A stretch of 64,000 nt of DNA from Nemertoderma westbladi (Eukaryota > Animalia > Xenacoelomorpha): the NCBI GenBank assembly GCA_032718475.1, contig JAUCBJ010001884.1, forward strand, positions 1 through 64,000, in the 5' to 3' direction. A program made the translations under genes and the position numbers. How positions within the stretch are numbered: position 1 is the stretch's first letter; each line of letters starts with the position of its first letter. Below, piece after piece: positions 53,201 through 62,232 of the stretch. A model generated the notes under the pieces. It ran no database searches. It was not told the DNA's origin and saw only the letters and a list, made by a program, of their open reading frames with translations.

Positions 53201-54514
53201 GATGCGAGGTTTACCGGCCTCCCGGGCTAGTTCGCGTGGTTCGACGCCAATTTTCGCGAGGGAAATCGCACCGGAAGTTGTCTTCTTTGGTTGGCGACAT
53301 AGATGGGTGAAGTGGCCGATACGTTCGCATTTTTTGCATTCGCGGCCGATGGCTTTACACGGTTTATCTTTCTCGTGAGGCCAAACTCCACCACATTTCC
53401 AGCAGCGATTATTGTCTCGTATTTGTGGATGGGGTTTGAATTGTCGACCTTTACTGGAGCTCCGTTGGCTATCTGACTTACTAAAATTACGCCCTCGGTT
53501 CTGAGGTTTAACTGCGTTAACTTTGTATGTCAGTCGTTGATCTTCCCGAACAGCCAGCTCCCGATTACGGCAAAAATCGACAGTTTCATCGCGGGATAGG
53601 GCAGGCCTTTTACCCAAAAGTTCCTGACGTACCTCCTCATCCCGTATACCGCAAACTATTAAAGTGGAGATCCAGTCCTCCTTTGTCATAACTTCGATGT
53701 TTGCGTCATCCACCAGTTCGCACAACTGAATGTAGTAATCGTCGAACGACTGTTTTTCTTCCTGTTTAGTCCGTACCAGTTTGTAACGGTCTACAGTTAT
53801 ATTCTGTTGTGCGCGGAGGTGTTCCCGTATTTTTACGAGGATTTCGTCCGTTGACAGTCGGGTATCTTGAGGAATTTTGACAGCATAATGCATCCGGTTT
53901 AGGAAATCAGGGCTGCAGTATGAAAAGAACGTTGCCACCTGATCTTCCATAGGTTTGCTGTCGAGTTTTGTCACCCGGGCATAATTGCGCCATGTTGTCT
54001 CCCACCGTTTAAATGTTTTGTAGGAAACGTCATCCTCGATAATGTTTGGCGGGTGTACAGTGAGTTTGGTTGCCTCGCGGTCTTGGGGACGTCTGGAGCT
54101 TCCGTGCGTTGCCGATCCCGGGCCCGCAGCTGCTATTACGTCGCGCTCTTCCCGCAATCCCTCAAGTAAACGCTGTTGGTTTTGATCGACGAGGTAGAGG
54201 AGTTGTCTGTGCTCTTCCGCCCGTTCTCGTCGTTCAACCCGCTGTTCTTCCATTCGTTTAGCATCCTGGTCGACAAAGTGCGCGAGGAGTTTAGCTAAAT
54301 CGGAACCTCCGACTTCTCCGGTTTGTTCAGGTTCTGATTCTGCTCCTTCTACGAACTTTAGCAACCGTTTTCTAAGAACCGTTGTTGCCGTTCTGTCGCT
54401 GTACTTAATTCCGGCATTTGCGAGGTGTGCTTTAATAGTTGCCCGGTCAAGGTGTTCTATCGAAGCTGGATCAATTTCCCACGTTTCATCCTGGGTTGGG
54501 AGTTCGTCCATCAC
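50203..54514 (-). pseudogene. Gypsy gag-pol with an internal deletion and frameshift in integrase near 50980
   Basis: Knuckles CWKCGG..H..C and CKKCERIGHF.HLC; protease IADTGAD; RT IDAKSGYWQ and IVDD; RNaseH VDAS..YATIELE..TDHRPL; integrase jumps from VYWPGIN to the region before SDGGPQF..SNGHAE. Confidence 0.92.
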
Positions 54515-54681
54515 GCAAATTAAATATGTTTTTTTAATATATGAAATTTCAAATTATTACCGGTAATTATTAAGCAAGCATAGTCAGAACGTGCAGAAGT
54601 GCAGTCGATCGATGATCGATCGGTGATATTGCAGTGCAGTTTATTGCGTAAGTTCAAGCGCAGCGCGGTACTGGTACTGCG

Positions 54682-54698
54682 CCTATCTCACTGCGCCA
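54682..54698 (-). promoter_or_regulatory. Gypsy primer-binding site, tRNA-Ser-like (TGGCGCAGTGAGATAGG)
   Basis: Abuts the 5' LTR; complementary to the ..CUCRCUGCGCCA 3' end typical of tRNA-Ser(UGA). Confidence 0.7.
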
Positions 54699-55329
54699 TG
54701 GTATGTCCGGCTGTCCGGTACATAGCCAGACATCTGTAGCCTGTAGGCTGAGGTAAAAGTGGATGCTGGAGCGACACAACCGGTCAGTATAATATAATAT
54801 AAGCAGAATGCAAGCAAGATATGTAGGCCCGTGCCATAGACAGTAAGGGGGAATAATGAAATAGGCCTATACTGTATATATCCATACCAAGACCAACTAG
54901 TTTTCCTATTAGTATACCGACCCGGAAGGAGACAACTTACGAGATCCCTATAGTTGAACACCCGGAGATCATTTCGAACCTGGACTTCCTCCCATCGGTT
55001 ACCTTTGGTGATGTGTTAGAGTCAGCCGAGTTGCGTAAAGTAATAGTTCAAAAAATCGTACGCAACGTGCCTCCACATATTACGGACTTTAAGGAAGTGG
55101 ATCGCGCGGGGACGGATATCGCACCTTGTATCTTGCGAGGATATCTGACGAGAACGATTCGATTATGGATCGGAGTTGGAACGTTTGAGACCGACACCGA
55201 TATCACGACCAATTGGACCGGTAAACCTATTAGTTTCGATGATGAAAAGTCGATTGGGAGAATTTGGAACCCTACCGACGATTTACTCGACGATTGGGAC
55301 GTGACTAGCCGATCTCTAAAGGAGAATGG

Positions 55330-55950
55330 TTATATGTTTTACGATGATGAAGGAGGAAGCCATCAGCAAAGCCTCACTTCGAAGACTATACAGATTAGAG
55401 CACCAGATGGCGTGTTACATGTCTTCAGCCGACAGAGGAGTGATAGAAAGATGCCTATGCCGGAAGGAACGACGCAAAGACACGCGATGATAAAACGGAT
55501 AGTTAAATCCATGGACCTGGCTTGTAGCATAGAAGCTAGGATATTACCAAAGGCCGTGCGAGACGTTGTGTTGGACAAGAGCATCGTCAAGATCGGATCC
55601 GGTGTACGGGATGACCTTATTAGCGACTTTGCAGGGATGCCCACGGAAGAGGACCGATTGCCTACGCCATACGTGGATACTAGACCATTGTTGCTTTGGG
55701 CTATCGAGCAAGGATATTTTAGGGAGTATAACACGCTAAAAACTGGGACGGGTTATATCTCATATCTAATGTTCAGTTGGGATTACAAGGAGAGTAAGAG
55801 GAGCAAATACACGGATGTATACGGAGAGGGAGATACCCCCGGCGTAAACGAGTTCGAGTCACAGTTGAAGTGGCGAGGTTGCGTGTATTGGGCGATTACT
55901 TCACCTCCGCGAATAATCTTGCAATACTATTTAGCGATAGAATCTTCGGT
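55330..55950 (+). CDS. DnaQ/DEDDy 3'-5' exonuclease domain (WRN-exo/EXD2/MUT-7-like) within BEL ORF2
   Basis: ExoI YMFYDDEG followed by TIQIRAPDGVLHVF; ExoII LPKAVRDVVLDKSIVKIGSGVRDDL; YVDTRPL; GTGYISYLMF; ExoIII-like ILQYYLAIE. Confidence 0.72.
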
Positions 55951-57818
55951 TAACGTTTGTTTCATCGCGGATGTAGTATCCAGAACCCTAAAGCGACACC
56001 CGTTATGTCTCGGCGAAGGACATACCTTTTACGATGGAGGAAGGACGCATACTGATGTATTCCGACGATTTCTCCAACCCTTTTATAACACCGATGCGCA
56101 CTGCGAAGTTTTCACGTGAGCGGGACTTAGCGTTTTCAGGGACGTCTATCTCACTCACGCGGGAAGTCTAGTCGACAGACCGTCGATGTTAACGTTAGTA
56201 CCCTACGACGGGGAACGCCACGCGGAATTCGAACGCCCGGAAGGATCCTGGAAGGCTCGCGAGCCTACCGCCCATCACGACAATGTGGATCCGACCGAGT
56301 TGGCGCTAATAGACGAACCGTTGCGGCAACTCATAGAGATAGAGGAGAACCTTCCGAGGAAGACGCGAACTGAGATACGCGAGTTGGAGAAAAGCGATGC
56401 CATGGTTTGTGTACAACCTACGGAGACGAACATACCGACTGACCCGGATGATGAGAATTATCACGTGGACGGTAGCGCTCGCCGGTAGACGGTGCACCCC
56501 GACAACAAGAATACTTGGAACTTTCAAACTGTGGTGAACAAGATTACCGCCGGAGAATTCGATAAACTGCGAGTTGAACAGCGGAATCGAGGAGCCTGGC
56601 ATTCGATAGCTTGGGCATACCGGAGCGCATTTTATCACAAACGCGTAACCTCGTGTATTCTGGACGAGACCGACGTTTTGCGTGAGACTGGCTTCAAGGC
56701 CACGTCGTTAGCAGAGAAGACGCGTCACCCACAGGATGATCAGCAATTTCGTATACTCAAAGCCCAGAAGGCCGGACAAGAGATAAAGAAGATAGTAAAT
56801 GTCGCCGAGAGGACGACATCGAAGTCGCAAATCCGGATGACTCGGGGCACGGTTTCCCTCGCTAGAGAACCACGCGGAGGGACGGGATACGCTTTGCCGG
56901 AACCCATTAGGATTCAAACGACGTCAGAGAGCGAGGTGTCAGCGGACGGAACAGTCCCACCCTTTCGACTTCCTCATAGCGTTGTGGAGACTCGATCCGA
57001 TGTTAAGCCGACAGTTGGAATCGGACGAGGATTTAGAGGATTGAGCGCACGACGGATGTGCGAAACTCCCGTCGTCCCCTTTCCTAGCGTTTTGGAACCA
57101 CCGACAACTCGACGCCGAAGTCCGAGCCCAGTTCGACCTCGACCACCACCCAATCGCAATAGAGGACGTGGACGAGCCCGCTCAGCAAAGGAATAGGAAA
57201 GCGAGAAGAAGGAAGGCTTGCGAGCCTATATTTATATTCGGATATTATATTTCGACACTATATTTGGGTATTTATATCGGACATTATATTTGAATGTTGG
57301 GTTTGGAAGAACAAGATATGGAAAGGAAGGCTTGCGAGCCTACCGTTAGCAATTAGTGCTCAGGAGAAGATATCCAGACCAGCAGGACGAACTTTCATAT
57401 CGTCAAAGGGACACTTTAAGACTTATTTGGAAGTTATTAGCGCTTTATGTTTATTTTATATTTGAACTGATTTAATTTGGTGGAAGTTTATTATGTATAT
57501 TTACAATATATAAAGATTTATTGAAAGAAGTTACAATTATTTGTTCGATTTGTTTTGATTTATTTGTTCTGATTTGTTTAATTTGTTTATCTTGATAACC
57601 GAAAGCATTTTGTATTTTAGGCACTAAAGTTAATTGGTAAATTTGTATTTGTATGTACGATCGATTGTATTTACGCCGTATCTGCAATATTAAGTATGCA
57701 ATAATTAGATAGTGATTATTTTATATTTTAGGTCCCACCAGTAGATTTAGAAGTAGTTTGTAAATATTTTGTATTTCGATTGGTGAAAACAGTCTTACTT
57801 ACTGTTTTCATGGAGCGG

Positions 57819-60465
57819 TGATGAATTATTTCACTATAAGATAGCATTTGTAGTTTAACTTTAACGTAAAAACTTTCGAAAATCCGACGCATTTTGATTA
57901 AGTTACAGTAATGTAATATGCCTATTCATATTTGTATACATAAAACCCCTAGTTACTCTCGTGGCGTAGTGGTCAGATGGTTAAGGCGTTGGTTACATTA
58001 CAGATAGGTTACGAGTTCGAATCCCGGTCGGGAAATTTGTATTTTGGGGCCATTTATTTTCATTTGGTACAGATTGGTAAGCCAATGAGGTGCGTACAAC
58101 GTATCGAACGATGAGTTGGGCCAATCATAGGGCATGAAATATCTTATTGCTCCAATGTGAGGCCATCGAATACTCTCGAAGGTTCTAGTGGATTCTATGT
58201 CCCAGATTTAGTATATAAAGGGCTGGTTTGCCTTCGGTTATCACACACATTTGTACTTCACTACTTCTTACTTACTCTTGTAAACTTGCTGCACTAGTTG
58301 CACTAATCATTTCGTTATACTTTGTTGGTTTCTTGTTGAAACTATTGTAATTCTGTTTGATAAATCTTTTGCTAAACTGTAAATACACTGCAAACTCCTG
58401 AACATGTTTTCTTTTGGTCCAACCTTGGGACAGCCAAACATCGGGAAGATGGCAGCCTAGACCGTTAGGCCGTCAGCAACGCAGGGGAAAGATGTCCACA
58501 ACACGCTAGCGCCCACATTGGATTTGACCGCGCACCCCCTTCGCCCTTCGTAATACTCCACTTGCCATGCAGCGCCCGCTTTATGAGGAAGGTAAGACTT
58601 TGTTCGACGCCCTTGCCCGCCGTAAGACCTATAGATCAGGGTAAGCGTGACGCCGTCCTGGACGCCGCAAAATTTAGGATCAAATAATTATATTTAGGCA
58701 GAAACCCCCTTTGTCAGTCCTGCATTTACTACTGTTCAATATTTAAATAATCCAATGGAAACAAAGATACTTGAATCATGAGACGTGAATTTTAAGTTTA
58801 CTTTTTATTCATCCTCTGTGTTTGTATGTGAAAGAGCCGAATATTATTTATTACCAGTGCTGTATGTAGAGATATGAGTTTCCGATTCTGTTATTACATT
58901 TGTCTGATAATCAGATACCTGACATATACCGATACTTGCCTAACAACTCAACCCTACCGGACCTGAAATGAAAAATCATTGTTATCAGGACTGCTACGCG
59001 TGGCACCTACGCGTAGCACCTACGCGTGGTTTCAAAATACCTACGCGTAGTTCCAAAATAACTACGCGTAGTTTTAAAACACCTACGCGTTGTTGTTAAA
59101 AAGGCAGTAAGTCTGGCCCTACCGGTAAATGACAGGAATGGAAGTTACAAACTACGCGTAGCTACGCGTAGCTACGCGTAGGCCTACGCGTAGCTACGCG
59201 TAGGCCTACGCGTAGGTCGAAAAGATTTACCCCGAACTATTGCCATTCGTCAGTACGCGAGTACATAGGTACGGACAGCATATGTTCCATAATTTAGTGA
59301 TTCGTAGTACTGACTGTTTGGTACCGGTTCGCTTTGTAGAACATACATTAGTACCCCCCCCCCCCCTGCCTGAAGTTAGTTATTTGATCAGGCAAGGAGT
59401 ATTTCTGCTACCGGCACACCGCTTGGCCTAGCACCTAGGGAGGTTTTATTAATATCCTACCGCGCCTTGCCACGTACTGATAGGTATTGCTGCTAACTAC
59501 CGCGGCAACAAAGTTCTAGAATCAAATTTGTATACCAGATCAGCTAACGTACGGTAGCGATTAACCCCTATTTCTTATCTTACAACCAGAATCTGGTATT
59601 AGTGCCGATCACGGGTGTAGTTACTAACACCGTGGTTACCCATTGAGTTGTGGATAGGAAGGAGAGAGCTTTGACGTCATTTGTAAGTATAAAGTTCTAC
59701 AAACGCGACCAGCTTATTTTAGTAGCTAGCGCATGGCTGCATGGTATCATTTCGGTCAGAAAATCACTAAAACCTAGTGAAAAGATATACACCAAAATTG
59801 TTTTATTTGTAACACACCCACACACACACGCCCTACAGCCCTAAAACATATTTACCCTTAGAGTTCTACTAGTTATAGCGTACTATATATTACTTTAGGC
59901 AGAATTTATCTGTATTTGTAAATTAGGATCTGATATTTAGTTACGGCAATAGGGAGTATTTCATTTTCGTTATTAAACTGTTGTTTTCTGCTCAGCAGTA
60001 TTGTTACATTAGGCACGACCCTCTTTCGACTGATTTAGGACTGAATCAGTGTTGTTACGCTAGGTCTGTTAACCCACTAGCTCGTATATAAACCATATAA
60101 ATCACACCGCGGCAAGTTACGGTATTTAGGACTGTCAGCGATAGTTAGGATTCGCTGCGCGGGGATTGTTTTCCCGTGAGTTTGGTCTGTTACTGTAACT
60201 GTACATCTGCCTCACCGGTTAGAGGACAGCTGTATCCTTTTGTCTAGTTCGTAGGCATTAGACCCGCTCACGTACATAGAATAGACACTAGGCTCTGTTC
60301 CTCGCCAGTAGTAGTTTGTGTATTGTATCTGTTTGTTTAGATATCCTGGACTGGGATTTGTTGTCAGATACTGTACGAGCCCGTATACATTACTAGATCT
60401 TACGGTAAGATACATCGTTACTAGGATCCGGTAAGCGGTATACTACTGGACAGCTGGACCTTACA
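57819..60465 (+). repeat. 3' LTR of the BEL/Pao element (2647 bp including an insert at 58724-59232)
   Basis: Matches the 5' LTR; preceded by a short purine tract GGAGCGG and the hairpin TGAAAACAGT-N7-ACTGTTTTCA. Confidence 0.93.
58993..59216. repeat. Cluster of palindromic CTACGCGTAG repeats inside the LTR insert
   Basis: Read directly, about 12 copies. Confidence 0.85.
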
Positions 60466-60779
60466 CCTGGTGCAATTCATATATATTCCAACGAGACTAG
60501 AACGCCTAAAACCCCTATTGCGGAAAAAAAAGGCTTCAAATAATCAATTTACAAAATTGAAATATTTCAAAATTTGGGGCTGGCACCAAAATTTGGCACC
60601 CGCCGCTAAAAACAAGATTAAAATTTCTAGCTTAGGCCTATTTTATATGAATTCCTTTTAGTTATTTTCAGTTAGTCTTTTAGTTAGTAGCGTTAGTTTC
60701 AGAGAGGGGGGGGGTGGGGGGTAGAGTTATATTGACTGACATGGGCAGAATCCCCAGCTGCCCAGTACTCATTTAGCTA

Positions 60780-60935
60780 CCATTTAAGGATGCAAGGCAG
60801 AGATGCCTCGCTAAACCCTTCAAAGCATTCGTGATGAAACGAAAACTACCTTGGCCCCCATGCCGGGGTTGAACCCACAACCTCCAGACCTCCGTGAAAT
60901 GTGAATTCAATATAACAACTACACCAAGGTGGGCT
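60780..60935 (-). mobile_element. Degenerate tRNA-derived SINE
   Basis: Minus strand has TGGTGTAGTTG (A-box-like) ... GGGTTCAACCCC (B box). Confidence 0.4.
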
Positions 60936-61899
60936 CTGAACCAAGGTGGACGTGGAACAAGTGTCAGATACCGTCAGATCAGATCAGATAAGGACAGACG
61001 TTTTAGCCATCCTACTTATTTTTCCAACCCTATCCTGCTATACCCCTGCCTGCCTGCTATAGGATATAAATTATTTTTGTCTTTTTGGGTATGTTTTTTG
61101 GGTAATATTGTGTTTTTTTGTGTTTTTTGGGTACCGGTACATTTTTGTGTTTTTTTGTATTTTTTTTGTGTTTTTTTTTGTGTATTTTTGGGTAATTTTG
61201 TGTTTTTTTGGGTAATACGTAGGACCGGATTGTATAGTCTTATTACAGTTAGGTACCGGTACAATGGGCAAATCTGGCAACCTCAACACTTGCCACATCT
61301 GGCAATATTTATTGCCACATCTGGCAACTTTTAGTTTTTCGAATTTTCTCACGCCCACGGCAGACAGCCAGAAGAAAAATCGCATTTTGGTACGGTAAAT
61401 AGGTAAGTGAAAAGAACCCGAAATTAAAATATAATTGACCGTACGGCAGTACGGTAGGCCCCTATAAGAAAAAAATCTTCGTCTGAATTTCTCTTACATT
61501 CTTAGCTGTTCAGCTGTTAGCAATAGGCCGAACCCGAAATGTAGGCCTACCTAAAATAATTATTGCCATTTTTGGCAACCATTAGACTGTTAGAATTTCA
61601 GAATTAAGTAAAATAATGGTTGCCATTTTTGGCAACCATTATTCTGTTATTATTGGGCTTGGGCAGCACTGTCAGTTACTCTGTCATTGTAAATTACTTA
61701 AAAATTGCTAACTGCTTGCTGTACGTATCCATTCTACTGTTAGTGAAGAAGTAAAGGATTGCGATAATGATTGATATGCAGGCATATCAGCCTCATTTTC
61801 AATTAGACAGCACTGTGACCGGGCCCAGCCAGGATTGAGATAATGTCAGAATGTGCGTGCACTCAGCTAATGTTATTTACAGATTTACTAACCTACAGA

Positions 61900-62104
61900 C
61901 GTCTCATTGGTTCCCCCAAGCTTGACACTAGAACAAAGTCGCCTCCGCTTTGCAGGACATTGCTTTCGCCGTTGCAAATCTAGATCTAGCAAATGACATG
62001 GGTGATAGGGAGCTGTGGCGGCGAAATTTTGTCGACAAGCCGGCACAGCATTCTCTTAAAAATGCACCTGCAATGCAGCATGTCGATCCTAATAGTAGTA
62101 GTAG
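61900..62104 (+). mobile_element. Internally deleted 3' fragment of the same RTE-like LINE with (TAG)n tail, just upstream of WASHC2
   Basis: Matches the reverse complement of ~19955-20025 joined to ~19735-19838. Confidence 0.85.
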
Positions 62105-62232
62105 CCTACTGGTAATACAGTAATAAATACCGAGTACAGGAGTACCTTAATCTACAATCTCATAATACAGTAATAATATATATATATTATATTGGCCTAA
62201 AGTGTATGATCTTGATCTATGATAGTTTAGAA

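Larger units (their letters stand above)
49910..54889 (-). mobile_element. Ty3/Gypsy (Mag-like) LTR retrotransposon nested in BEL ORF2; TSD AGACC
   Basis: 191-bp LTRs at 49910-50100 and 54699-54889 differ by one base and have TGGTATG..CATACCA ends; TSD at 49905-49909 and 54890-54894; minus-strand PPT AAAGGGGGAGT; PBS TGGCGCAGTGAG. Confidence 0.96.
48948..57196 (+). pseudogene. Second (env-position) ORF of the BEL element, ~1087 aa once the Gypsy is removed; contains a DEDDy 3'-5' exonuclease domain; premature stops at 49500, 56117 and 56486
   Basis: ORFs 48948 and 49518 share one frame, as do 55013, 56186 and 56492. Removing the Gypsy plus one TSD (4985 bp) joins them (..IVPVARP|TSFPISIP..). 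Exonuclease motifs lie in 55330-55950. Confidence 0.8.
35607..60465 (+). mobile_element. Full-length BEL/Pao LTR retrotransposon (~24.9 kb including the nested Gypsy) with 5-bp TSD CCTGG
   Basis: TSD at 35602-35606 and 60466-60470; both LTRs start TGATGAATT and end CCTTACA; gag-PR-RT-RH-IN order with Pao-type motifs. Confidence 0.95.

Noticed and set aside
48948-57196. env gene
   Set aside because: No signal peptide, fusion-protein cysteine pattern or TM anchor; exonuclease motifs instead.
39425-57196. Alternative genetic code or programmed readthrough
   Set aside because: All three stop types occur, one is a clear CGA>TGA change, and the host genes use standard stops.
60894-61385. Phe/Cys-rich and Lys-rich ORFs
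   Set aside because: Low-complexity T-rich tract.
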